64,000 nt of DNA, taken from NCBI GenBank assembly GCA_038874595.1, contig JAVZCB010000001.1, positions 132,397-196,396 of the forward strand. The letters are read 5' to 3'. The translations under genes were made by a program, and so were the position numbers. Shown here one piece after another: positions 9,101 to 18,209 of this stretch. Position 1 is the stretch's first letter, and each line of letters starts with the position of its first letter. The notes under the pieces are model-generated. The model was given only the letters and a program-made list of their open reading frames with translations, had not been told where the DNA came from and did not search any database. The DNA is from Candidatus Micrarchaeia archaeon. Its GTDB lineage: Archaea > Micrarchaeota > Micrarchaeia > CAILAH01.

Positions 9101-10032
9101 TGACCCGTGTTTTTGTAACTGGTGGTACCGGAAGGCTTGGTGCATATACTGTTCAGCTACTTCTCAGGAATGGGTATGAAGTTGTTGCATTGAGCCGGGA
9201 TAAGGAAGTTCCAGGATGCATTACAGTGAAAGGAAGCATGTTTGATTTTGATTATTCAAAGATTAAAGGGTGCACTCATGCAATCCATCTTGCAGGCACA
9301 ACCGATATGTCTTTGCCTCCTCAAACAATCTATTCGCTTAATGTTGAAGGGACAAAAAGCATTGTTGAGCGCTGCTCGCAAGCAGGCATTCCACATTTCA
9401 TATTTATAAGCTCAATCTCGGTTTATGGAAAGCTGGACAATAAGAATATAACCGAGCGCACGCCACTGCACCCTGATACGCCATATGCAAAGAGCAAGTT
9501 CCAAGGTGAGATGGTCGTTCATGGATATTCTGGTGATGTATGCATCTTGCGCCCTTCTATAATATACGGCCGCGGGTTTGATACCGGGTTTAGGACAGCT
9601 TATGATATGATAACTTCTGGCAGAATGCTTCTGGTTGGGGATGGTAACAACCACGTTCCTCTGGTTCATGCGAGGGATGTGGCAAATGCAATCCTGCTAG
9701 CAGTTGCAAGTGATGCACGTGGGATATACAATGTAAATGATGAGCGTGAGCTGACACAGAAACAGCTTGTTGATTATGTTGCTAAGCTTACTAACTCTTC
9801 AAGCGTGCGTACCAGTGTACCTAGGTTTGCGGTGGGACCGCTTCTTGCAATTTATAATGTCTTGCGCTCGCTAAAAGCCAAACCACCAATTCCTTCTGAA
9901 TTTATTGATATGCTTGCTACGGACAGGGTCATAAAAACAGGGAAAATACAGGAAGAGCTTGGGTTTAATAATTCGTGCACAGTTGAGGAGGGTGTAAGAG
10001 AGTTTGTTGAATACCTCTCAACTAAACAATAA
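9100..10032 (+). CDS. NAD-dependent epimerase/dehydratase (SDR family)
   Basis: VFVTGGTGRLG Rossmann motif; YAKSK catalytic YxxxK. Confidence 0.75.
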   Translation: MTRVFVTGGTGRLGAYTVQLLLRNGYEVVALSRDKEVPGCITVKGSMFDFDYSKIKGCTHAIHLAGTTDMSLPPQTIYSLNVEGTKSIVERCSQAGIPHFIFISSISVYGKLDNKNITERTPLHPDTPYAKSKFQGEMVVHGYSGDVCILRPSIIYGRGFDTGFRTAYDMITSGRMLLVGDGNNHVPLVHARDVANAILLAVASDARGIYNVNDERELTQKQLVDYVAKLTNSSSVRTSVPRFAVGPLLAIYNVLRSLKAKPPIPSEFIDMLATDRVIKTGKIQEELGFNNSCTVEEGVREFVEYLSTKQ

Positions 10033-10034
10033 AA

Positions 10035-10985
10035 TCATAAGTCCCTAGCTGCTTTTTTGAGTGTTGACCAAAACTCTTTTTCTGCCTCTTTCCATTCATT
10101 TTCAATATCTGGGCGGAGTTTTGTGCGTGACAGTATTGTGTTGTGGAACAGTTCAAGCCCGCCAATTCTTCTTTCTAGGCCGAACGTTCCTGAAACCGAA
10201 GTTGCACGCGGAATTATATGTATTTTAAACATGTCCTTATCATATTCCGAAATCATCCAGTTTACCCCAATCCCTGAGGTTACCCGGGTATTAAGAAGGA
10301 ACTCTATGTTGTTTAGATTGTCTGTAGAAATACCATATAACCAGGCAACCCTTTCAAGATTATGATAGCCATACCCATACTGCACAACTTGCTCGTACAT
10401 TCTGCTTTGCACTAAACGGAAGAAGCCATCAAACAGCTGTGGGATAATGCTTCTAATATAATCGTACAAATCATTCCTGTGAATCTTACGCGTAACCGCA
10501 GTATCATACCCGTTGCAGAGTGTCAAATGCCCGCTTTCAACAAGAATAGGCACCGATAACGGGTCAGCTATCAGGTTTTCAGCAGATTTAAGCTCAAGAT
10601 ATTTTGACTCTTCCACCTTTGAACAAAGAAGATGGATGTGTAAGTGCCGTATCGTTTGCCCGGCAACAATCCCAAAATTGCCAAGTGCGGTTGCACCGGG
10701 GAAGTGTTGTAGTATTTTGCCGATAGCTGTGAACATACTATCAAACTGGTTCTTTGATATATTATGGAGTGTAAGCAGATGCTCTTTTGGTGTGATAATA
10801 CAATGTTGTGGTATATAGGGATACTTTGCCTTAAGTATCCTCCAGTTTGAGCTGCTTTCAACCAAAGGTTCCTCAGCAAGCGTACAAAATCTGCAATTTG
10901 ATATACCCTTGGTCTTCATCTCTCTTGATGTGAATGAAGGTGTTTTTTCGTCCCATCTAGGTGCCTTGATTTCATAGACGACCAT
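10035..10985 (-). CDS. HIT-superfamily nucleotidyltransferase, GalT branch (GalT / Ap4A phosphorylase-like)
   Basis: N-terminal CRFC zinc motif and histidine-triad-like TIRHLHIHLL; ~316 aa with a two-half architecture. Confidence 0.45.
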   Translation of the reverse strand: MVVYEIKAPRWDEKTPSFTSREMKTKGISNCRFCTLAEEPLVESSSNWRILKAKYPYIPQHCIITPKEHLLTLHNISKNQFDSMFTAIGKILQHFPGATALGNFGIVAGQTIRHLHIHLLCSKVEESKYLELKSAENLIADPLSVPILVESGHLTLCNGYDTAVTRKIHRNDLYDYIRSIIPQLFDGFFRLVQSRMYEQVVQYGYGYHNLERVAWLYGISTDNLNNIEFLLNTRVTSGIGVNWMISEYDKDMFKIHIIPRATSVSGTFGLERRIGGLELFHNTILSRTKLRPDIENEWKEAEKEFWSTLKKAARDL

Positions 10986-11095
10986 ACAGCGATATTATGA
11001 AAAATTATGGATTAAAAACATTTTGGTTTTTTGTGAAGCAAAAATGCGGGCGGCTGCGCCAAATAAAGCAGAATGGCCAAAAATAAAATGGGTAA

Positions 11096-11554
11096 TGGAC
11101 CTGCGCGGAATTGAACCGCGGATCTCTCGCGAAAGGGGGCATGTTTTCTTCAGCATTTTTGGCTGAAGATAAATTACCTTTCCCCACCAATCCCATATTT
11201 TAATGGAGTTGGGTCTTATGGGGCGTCTTTGGGCTTGCCAATGACGCGTCATTTTCCCGAAGGGAAAATGCACGGAGGGGGACACCTCCCCCTCACATTC
11301 CCAATACCTCAAAACCTCCTTAGAGGGGGAGTTGGGTCTTATGGGAGAGGGGGACACCTCCCCCTCACATTCCCAATACCTCAAAACCTCCTTAGAAGGG
11401 GAGTTGGGTCTTATGGGAGAGGGGGACACCTCCCCCTCACATTCCCAATACCTCAAAACCTCCTTAGAAGGGGAGTTGGGTCTTATGGGAGAGGGGGACA
11501 CCTCCCCCTCACCCATATGTGAGGCGAGCGTCTTAACCACTCGACTACAGGTCC
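11096..11554 (-). tRNA. tRNA-Val(CAC) interrupted by a 386-nt intervening sequence (11132-11517) at the canonical 37/38 position
   Basis: 5' exon (reverse complement of 11518-11554) GGACCTG-TA-GTCG-AGTGGTTA-AGAC-G-CTCGC-CTCACA. 3' exon (reverse complement of 11096-11131) C-GCGAG-AGATC-CGCGG-TTCAATT-CCGCG-CAGGTCC-A. Acceptor stem is perfect 7 bp; anticodon stem is CTCGC/GCGAG; T-loop is TTCAATT; U33 and A37 are in place; discriminator is A73. T-rich terminator follows the 3' end and a TATA-like TTTAATATT sits ~26-35 nt upstream of the 5' end. Confidence 0.7.
11275..11510. repeat. 72-bp tandem repeat, 3 full copies plus a partial fourth, inside the tRNA intervening sequence
   Basis: Units start at 11275, 11347, 11419 and 11491 with one substitution between copies. 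Each begins with the perfect palindrome GAGGGGG-ACACCT-CCCCCTC. A partial unit tail also occurs at 11205-11228. Confidence 0.9.
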
Positions 11555-11671
11555 ATTTGTATGGTTTTAAGGCGGCTTAATATTAAAATAATTCGCCGTT
11601 TCAGCATACCTGTGGCCACCTCAATAAGGATTAACAGCCTTCGCATAAGCAGAGATGAATTTGAAGGTATA

Positions 11672-12391
11672 ATGTCAAAGTATGGGATAACTCCAGTTTC
11701 ATGGTATAGTGGGGCGTACACTTCAGATTACGAAAATTTGAGTAAGACACTTGAGTACCAGCTTGGTTATTTTTATATCCAGTCACTTTCTTCAATGGTC
11801 CCACCACTCGTGCTTGACCCAAAACCTGGTGATGTCGTTCTTGACGTTGCAGCTGCCCCGGGCAGCAAATCAACGCAGTGCGCAATGCAAATGAACGATA
11901 AGGGAGTGGTTATTGCAAATGACGTGTCATATATGCGTTTGAAAAGCCTTGCAAGTCATATAAACCGGTTAGGGATAACTTGCATTGCAATGACCAATTT
12001 TGATGGCCGGAGGTTTCCTAAATTAGCATCGTTCAACAAAGTGCTATTAGATGCGCCGTGCAGTTCGATGGGCTCGCGCAGGTGCACAATCCAGCATTCA
12101 GATGGCAGGATAAAAAGCCTTGCGCATTTGCAGAAATCTCTGCTTTTGCGGGCATTTGACTTGCTTTCGCCTGAGGGCACACTTGTCTATTCAACATGCA
12201 CAACTACCATTGAAGAGAATGAGGGGGTTATTAATGCTCTCCTCGAAAAGAGGGATGATGTAGTTCTTGAAACACCCGTGCTGCCTTTCAGGCACGAAAA
12301 AGGCATTTCAGGCAATTCCGTAATAGATGAGAAGGTATGCAGGTTTACGCTTGATGAATCCTTTTTCATTGCAAAGCTGCGGAAGAGATGA
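11672..12391 (+). CDS. NOL1/NOP2/Sun-family RNA (cytosine-C5)-methyltransferase
   Basis: DVAAAPGSKSTQ (SAM motif I), LDAPCSSMG (motif IV PC), TLVYSTCT (motif VI TC). The ORF opens at 11561, but that would overlap the tRNA promoter, so the internal ATG at 11672 is preferred. Confidence 0.7.
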   Translation: MSKYGITPVSWYSGAYTSDYENLSKTLEYQLGYFYIQSLSSMVPPLVLDPKPGDVVLDVAAAPGSKSTQCAMQMNDKGVVIANDVSYMRLKSLASHINRLGITCIAMTNFDGRRFPKLASFNKVLLDAPCSSMGSRRCTIQHSDGRIKSLAHLQKSLLLRAFDLLSPEGTLVYSTCTTTIEENEGVINALLEKRDDVVLETPVLPFRHEKGISGNSVIDEKVCRFTLDESFFIAKLRKR

Positions 12392-12816
12392 TTATGGGCT
12401 CAAAATTCTCTGAATACATTAAATCGAGGTTCGGCATCATACTTAGCGATGAATTTGTAATAGAGGAGAGGACGAGCAAGGTTTACGTATATTCAAAATC
12501 TCTTGATCAATTAAGGTTAAGAAACATACACAGAAAAGGCATTCTTGCTGGCAAGCTCGATTCAATATACGGTGTCAAGCCATCACTGGATTTCGTGCTT
12601 GTGTTTGGGCATCTTGCACAGAAGAACAATATTACAATATCCGATGATGATGTGGTAAGGTTGTTTTCAGGTGAGAATATCGTGCTCAACTGCCAGCCAC
12701 AAAACTGCACAGATGGCCTTGTAATTCTCACATGCAGGAGAGGTATGGGTGTTGGTATTGCTTATAACAGGGGCGGTGTGCTGCAATCCCTTATCCCGAA
12801 AGACCGCCGGATATGA
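12388..12816 (+). CDS. hypothetical protein, possibly an RNA-binding (PUA-like) partner of the upstream methyltransferase
   Basis: 4-bp ATGA overlap with the methyltransferase; 142 aa; no catalytic motif. Confidence 0.3.
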   Translation: MIMGSKFSEYIKSRFGIILSDEFVIEERTSKVYVYSKSLDQLRLRNIHRKGILAGKLDSIYGVKPSLDFVLVFGHLAQKNNITISDDDVVRLFSGENIVLNCQPQNCTDGLVILTCRRGMGVGIAYNRGGVLQSLIPKDRRI

Positions 12817-12878
12817 CATAGGAGCATTTTTAATATTGCCTTATCATAGAATTAACAGTTGCAATTAAAGGTGTAACT

Positions 12879-13655
12879 ATGCGCATTGGAAAAGTTGAGC
12901 AATACCTGCTGGACAAGATAGAGGCAAAGAAGGCTATACTGTCAATTGTGATAGACCCTGTTGATTACCCATCACCTGATGCTGCAATAAAAACAGGCAT
13001 ATCCGCAGCTGAGGCTGGTGCCGACATAATTGCAATTGGCGGCTCGATAGGTGCACAGGGCGAGCTGTTAGATAACGTTACAAAAGAGATAAAGAGCCAC
13101 ATTTCAGTTCCAGTAATCTTGTTCCCGGGCAATGTTGGGACAATAACAAGGTATGCAGATGCAATCTATTTCCTTACACTTATTAACTCACGCAACCCGT
13201 ATTGGCTCGGCCAGGCGCAGATGTTAGGTGCACCGTTGCTCAGGCAGTTTAACATAGAATCTATCCCGACAGCATATATTGTGGTTGAGCCGGGCGGCAC
13301 GGTCGGTTGGGTAGGCGATGCAAAGCTTATCCCGAGAAACAAGCCTAAGATTGCAGCTGCACTTGCAATGACAGGTGAGCTTGCCGGTAATCATATGGTA
13401 TTTACCGATGCAGGGTCGGCAAGCGAGATGGGCCCGATACCGATAGAGATGGTTAGGTATGTGCGCAAAGCAACCACACTGCCGTATATGGTCGCTGGTG
13501 GGATAAGAAAGTTTGAGGAAGCGCGTGAAATAATCAGGGCAGGTGCAGATATGGTACAGATAGGGACCGCAGTTGAGAATGCAAGCGATATTAAGTACAG
13601 GGTTGAGACGTTCAAGAAGGCGGTAGATGATGCAATCAAGAGCAGGGTTGTGTAG
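12879..13655 (+). CDS. pcrB: geranylgeranylglyceryl phosphate synthase (PcrB/GGGPS family)
   Basis: ADIIAIGGS, PVILFPGN, FTDAGSASEMGPIP, AGGIRK are TIM-barrel PcrB motifs. Confidence 0.8.
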   Translation: MRIGKVEQYLLDKIEAKKAILSIVIDPVDYPSPDAAIKTGISAAEAGADIIAIGGSIGAQGELLDNVTKEIKSHISVPVILFPGNVGTITRYADAIYFLTLINSRNPYWLGQAQMLGAPLLRQFNIESIPTAYIVVEPGGTVGWVGDAKLIPRNKPKIAAALAMTGELAGNHMVFTDAGSASEMGPIPIEMVRYVRKATTLPYMVAGGIRKFEEAREIIRAGADMVQIGTAVENASDIKYRVETFKKAVDDAIKSRVV

Positions 13656-13657
13656 GC

Positions 13658-14059
13658 ATGTATGAATTTTCAATTACAACCTCCAGTAAGATAGGAATAG
13701 TGGACATAACAGAAGAGGTTATGCGCGCCGTTACAGGGGCAAAAGTTGATGAAGGTATATGTGTGGTTTACGTACCGCATGCAACCGCTGGTGTAATCAT
13801 TAATGAGTACGAGCCTAATCTTAAGCAGGATCTTCTGGATATGCTTCAAAGCATTATCCGGGAAGACTCGAAATACAAGCACAACACGATTGATGATAAT
13901 GCATCCGCACACCTGCGAAGCGCGCTTACTGGTTCATCCGTTGTTTTGCCAATTTCAGGGCATAAGCTTATGCTCGGTACTTGGCAGAGGATACTACTTT
14001 GCGAATTTGACGGTCCGCGACGAAGAACAGTTTATGTCAGTGTAATTAAGTCAAGTTAA
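13658..14059 (+). CDS. YjbQ/UPF0047-family protein
   Basis: VYVPHATAGVIINEYEPNLKQDL and NASAHLRSAL signature; 133 aa. Confidence 0.65.
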   Translation: MYEFSITTSSKIGIVDITEEVMRAVTGAKVDEGICVVYVPHATAGVIINEYEPNLKQDLLDMLQSIIREDSKYKHNTIDDNASAHLRSALTGSSVVLPISGHKLMLGTWQRILLCEFDGPRRRTVYVSVIKSS

Positions 14060-14090
14060 CATTATACAATACATAATTCTTGTTTTAGTA

Positions 14091-15695
14091 ATGTTTAAAA
14101 TAAAATCAAGGCCAAACTTTGATGTTATGGCTGATGATGCTTACACAAGAGCGCTCGATGAGATTCTTGATGTGCTTTCTTCAGGTACGAGCACAGATAT
14201 TGAGAGGCTAAAGCGTACTGTGTGCGATAAGAACAGGTTTTCAGCGTTCATACGGAATTCGGCACTTGTCAAGCGGGCAAAGGAGCGCGGCCTTTATCAT
14301 TTGATATCGCAGCTGCGCAAGAGGCCTATGCGAAGCATAAGTGGCATTGTTAACATTGCAATAATGACGATAAGCAACTGCCCGCATGGCAGGTGTACTT
14401 ATTGCCCAAAAGGTGAAGGTGCCCCAAATTCTTATACGGGTTTTGAGCCAGCTACAATGCGCGGTATCCAGAATAAGTTTGATGCATACGAGCAGGTAAA
14501 ATCCCGCATAACACAACTAAGTGAGATTGGCCATCCGACTGATAAATGCGAGGTTATCATACAGGGGGGGACATTTCTGGCGCAGCCCAGGGAGTACCAG
14601 GAAAGTTTTATGCTTGGCATGTACAATGCGCTGAACGGGTACAAATCAGATACTCTTGCGCAGGCGATAACGCTAAACGAGAAAGCGCCGCACAGGTGCA
14701 TAGGATTAACAATTGAGACGCGCCCCGATTGGTGTTTCCAGCAGCATGTTGATGCAATGTTATCTTTCGGTGCAACGCGTGTGGAGATAGGTGTGCAGAC
14801 GCTTAAGCGCGATGTACTTGAAAAAACTAACCGCGGGCATACGCTTGAGGATGTATGGAAAGCCACACAAGTTGCAAAGGATTCTTTTTTCAAGGTATGC
14901 TATCATATGATGCCTGGGCTGTATGCTACACCCGACGAGGATGTTGGGATGTTCAGGGAGCTTTTTGATAACCCGTACTACCGGCCAGATATGCTTAAGA
15001 TATACCCATTTTTGGTTATGCGTGGCACAGAGATTTATGAAGAGTGGCTGCAGGGCAAGATAACTCCGTATACAACTGAAGAGGCTGCAGATGTAATTGT
15101 TAGGGCATATGCTCACATACCCTATTATGTAAGGGTGATGCGTGTACAGCGCGATATACCTGCTTACTTGATTGAGAGCGGTGTAAAAAAAAGCAACCTG
15201 CGCCAGCTTGTTGAGAATAAGCTGGCTGAAAAAAGAATAACAACAGGTGAGATAAGGTACCGGGAGATAGGTCACAATCTGCTTAAGGGCAATGTCAATT
15301 ATGAAATGCTCGAGCCGGAACTCATTGTAAGGAAGTATGATGCGTCAGATGGCGAGGAGTATTTCATTAGCTTTGAAGACAAGAGGACATCAATCCTGTT
15401 TGGTTTTGTTAGGTTAAGAGTGCCATCATCACCGCACAGGAAAGAGATAACACAGCGCTCTGCCGGCATACGTGAGCTTCACGTATACGGTGAACAGCTA
15501 CCATTAAGGCACAGGAGTGATGCGTCACCACAGCATAGGGGGTTTGGTAAAAGCCTGATGGCGGAAGCTGAGCGCATTTCTAAAGAAGAGCTTGATATGA
15601 ACAAGCTGCTTGTTATAAGTGGTGTTGGTGTAAGAGATTACTATAGGAAACTTGGCTACACACTTGATGGGCCATACATGTCAAAAATGCTTTAG
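14091..15695 (+). CDS. elp3: Elp3-type tRNA uridine(34) modification enzyme (radical SAM plus GNAT acetyltransferase)
   Basis: Radical-SAM cluster CPHGRCTYCP; C-terminal GNAT region HRGFGKSLMAEAE; ~534 aa, typical of archaeal Elp3. Confidence 0.85.
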   Translation: MFKIKSRPNFDVMADDAYTRALDEILDVLSSGTSTDIERLKRTVCDKNRFSAFIRNSALVKRAKERGLYHLISQLRKRPMRSISGIVNIAIMTISNCPHGRCTYCPKGEGAPNSYTGFEPATMRGIQNKFDAYEQVKSRITQLSEIGHPTDKCEVIIQGGTFLAQPREYQESFMLGMYNALNGYKSDTLAQAITLNEKAPHRCIGLTIETRPDWCFQQHVDAMLSFGATRVEIGVQTLKRDVLEKTNRGHTLEDVWKATQVAKDSFFKVCYHMMPGLYATPDEDVGMFRELFDNPYYRPDMLKIYPFLVMRGTEIYEEWLQGKITPYTTEEAADVIVRAYAHIPYYVRVMRVQRDIPAYLIESGVKKSNLRQLVENKLAEKRITTGEIRYREIGHNLLKGNVNYEMLEPELIVRKYDASDGEEYFISFEDKRTSILFGFVRLRVPSSPHRKEITQRSAGIRELHVYGEQLPLRHRSDASPQHRGFGKSLMAEAERISKEELDMNKLLVISGVGVRDYYRKLGYTLDGPYMSKML

Positions 15696-15715
15696 AGCGG
15701 CATGTTATCATGCGT

Positions 15716-16381
15716 TTAGTTTTGGGCTGAAAAGACAGTTGATACATTTTTTGCGATTGCGTTGATGCTTTCGATTTTCAGTATTTTTCCTTGTGCATGA
15801 TGTATAACTATTCCTGTGAGATATCCAGGCCTACCACCAATGCCTTCCAGGCAAAACCCAAGTTTATTGCTCAGTGCGACCCACAGTGGTGCTATTGTAA
15901 AATCATGAGTAACAGCAATTATGCTTTTTTCAACCAGGTATTTTTGCAGGACTTCATCGGCATAATCTGATGGAGAGTTGTATTTGAAAAGGTTGAATTT
16001 GCTATATCTCTTGAACAGAGTTTCTGTTTGCATAAAGAACATCGAGAAGAAGTCACTATTCATACATAGATGGTTCCATTCATCAACGTTCTTAACAAAA
16101 CCAGCACAGAGCGTATCCGGCTCCTTAAGCTCACTTATCAGCGGCACCCTTTTTATAGGTGAATACCCTAATGAGATTAGCATAGCTGTTTCGCGACACC
16201 TCTTTCTCCTGCTTGTGTGTATCTCTTGTATATCCTCTGAGAATCTCCCTTTAAGGAATCTGCCAGCCTTGAATGCATTTATCTTTCCTTCGATTGTAAG
16301 GCCGCCTTCAGAAAAATCACTTGGTACGGATATATGCCGCCTGTTTGCATGTCTAATAAATATTGTCTTGTGTATTTGCAT
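15716..16381 (-). CDS. histidine phosphatase superfamily protein (phosphoglycerate mutase-like)
   Basis: N-terminal IFIRHANR (RHG-like) and a later IAVTHD His. Confidence 0.45.
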   Translation of the reverse strand: MQIHKTIFIRHANRRHISVPSDFSEGGLTIEGKINAFKAGRFLKGRFSEDIQEIHTSRRKRCRETAMLISLGYSPIKRVPLISELKEPDTLCAGFVKNVDEWNHLCMNSDFFSMFFMQTETLFKRYSKFNLFKYNSPSDYADEVLQKYLVEKSIIAVTHDFTIAPLWVALSNKLGFCLEGIGGRPGYLTGIVIHHAQGKILKIESINAIAKNVSTVFSAQN

Positions 16382-16446
16382 AGGGGAAATTTTGGAGTTG
16401 ATGAGTTAATAAACATTTAGGTTTTAGGTATGCTTTTATTATTCCA

Positions 16447-18153
16447 TTGCATTATATTCTTATGCGCATATTCAACAATCTTGTCTTTGCAAGCGTGTTC
16501 ACGCTTGTACTGTTATTCTCAATGGTTGGGTTTTTTGTTATTCTGGCCTTTTTTCTTACGGGGGCATTGAGCCTAATATTTGCAATAGCATTTATCATCC
16601 TGTTCAACTTCATCCTGTTTTTCATCTCACCGATATTAATGGACTTAATGCTGAGATTTCTCTATAAATCCGAAGAAGTCAAGCTTGATGCTTTTATTAG
16701 CAGGATTGGTAGGCCAGCAGAAGTTATACATAGGGTGATGGCCGAGAAAAAGTACATTAACATACGCAACGTTTACATAATTAACGATAATACACCAACC
16801 GCATTCACTTACGGTTCTCTCCCATCGGAAGCACGCCTTGCAGTATCGCGTGGGCTTCTTGAAATGCTAAATGAAGACGAGATTGAGATTGTGCTCGCGC
16901 ACGAGCTGGGCCACATCGCGAACCTTGATTTTATAATAATGACGATTGCGCAAACTATTGTAGAAATATTCTATGTAATATATACTTCATTGCTTAAAAG
17001 CGCAAAGTCAGGCGCACAGAGCAGTAGAGGTAGTAAGAAGGGAGGAGGTATATTATTCATACTTCTGTTTGCAATACTTGCGTACTCTTTTTATGTTATA
17101 TCCCGTTACGTAGTTCTTTACCTGAGCAGGGTACGCGAGTATTATGCCGACGAATTTGCAGTAAAGCACACAAGAAAGCCAAAATCGCTTGCAATGGCAC
17201 TCATTAAGATTGCATACGGCCTTGGCATTGCACCGCCAGAGCAATGGAACAAGTTTAAGGGTCTGGAGGCACTTTGCATCTCATCACCAACAAGCTTTGT
17301 AATAAAACCTTCCAACAACCCGGATGATTTCATTAAATATACGGATTTTGATTTCAAATCCCCATGGGCTTCCCTTGTAGAGCTCGATGCAACGCATCCG
17401 CTAATTGGGAAACGCGTTAAAAGGATATATGAGGTTGGGATAGAGATGGGGCTTATTGACAGGTTGCCTAAGGATATTGCAAATGTAAAAGAGCACGTTG
17501 TAAAAGCAAACCCCGCTGTAATAGGGTTGTATATTCTTGCAATGCCGTTGTTTATAGTGTGTGCATATATTCTATCATTTATAATCGGGCTGGTAGGCGT
17601 TTTTGCAGCTGGTGCTGTCGGGGCTGGCATTGCACTGATGATCTTGGCGGGAGCGGTAGGAATTTCAATTATTGCAAAGGGCATCCTGCAATTTTTGCGT
17701 TATGCAGATAGGAATGAGCATCAGCTCGAAGAGCTTCTAATGGATGAGACGGCATCACCTGTGCAGGGCAAGGCACTTAGCATAGAAGGCACAGCACTTG
17801 GTAGGGGCGAGGCAGGGTTCCTGCTTTCAACAGACCTATATGTCCGCACGAAGGAAAACGTGTTTTTGCTTGTAAAGACGGGATTCGCAATCCCAATTCT
17901 TAATTTTGTGATTGGCATACTCCGTATATTCAGGATGGAAAAACTTCTTGGGCAGGATGTCCGTATTAAGGGATGGTTTTTCAGGGGTAACGGCTACTGG
18001 ATAGACGGAGATAAGATAGAATTCAAAATAGGCGACAAGTGGGAAAACCTAATGGGGATAGGGGCAATAATTAATGGTCTTCTATACTTAGTCACCGGTG
18101 GGTTTGTTATGGTTCTTGCACTATTTGCACCACTTTTGCTGCTTGTGCTTTAA
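16447..18153 (+). CDS. htpX: M48/HtpX-family zinc metalloprotease with a long membrane C-terminal extension
   Basis: NAFTYGS...VLAHELGHI (HExxH), EYYADEF. 568 aa is far longer than canonical HtpX. Confidence 0.7.
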   Translation: MHYILMRIFNNLVFASVFTLVLLFSMVGFFVILAFFLTGALSLIFAIAFIILFNFILFFISPILMDLMLRFLYKSEEVKLDAFISRIGRPAEVIHRVMAEKKYINIRNVYIINDNTPTAFTYGSLPSEARLAVSRGLLEMLNEDEIEIVLAHELGHIANLDFIIMTIAQTIVEIFYVIYTSLLKSAKSGAQSSRGSKKGGGILFILLFAILAYSFYVISRYVVLYLSRVREYYADEFAVKHTRKPKSLAMALIKIAYGLGIAPPEQWNKFKGLEALCISSPTSFVIKPSNNPDDFIKYTDFDFKSPWASLVELDATHPLIGKRVKRIYEVGIEMGLIDRLPKDIANVKEHVVKANPAVIGLYILAMPLFIVCAYILSFIIGLVGVFAAGAVGAGIALMILAGAVGISIIAKGILQFLRYADRNEHQLEELLMDETASPVQGKALSIEGTALGRGEAGFLLSTDLYVRTKENVFLLVKTGFAIPILNFVIGILRIFRMEKLLGQDVRIKGWFFRGNGYWIDGDKIEFKIGDKWENLMGIGAIINGLLYLVTGGFVMVLALFAPLLLLVL

Positions 18154-18209
18154 TTATTTTTTTGTATTCTTTTTGGATTTGTGTGATAGCTTATTAATCC
18201 TGTTGTAGA

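Noticed and set aside
11275-11510. Possible CRISPR array.
   Set aside because: Repeats are directly abutting with no unique spacers, the unit is 72 bp (too long), and they lie inside a tRNA intervening sequence. This is a tandem repeat.
10995-11580. Long ORFs running through the repeat block (181 aa on minus; 97 aa and 82 aa on plus) with 24-aa periodic translations such as EGEVSPSPIRPNSPSKEVLRYWEC.
   Set aside because: The 72-bp unit is 24 codons, so open frames propagate trivially in several frames and strands. The ORFs overlap tRNA exon sequence and each other, so they are treated as artifacts of the tandem repeat, not proteins.
14241-15275. Three minus-strand ORFs (91-171 aa) inside elp3.
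   Set aside because: They are antisense to a strongly supported radical-SAM/GNAT gene, so they are spurious.
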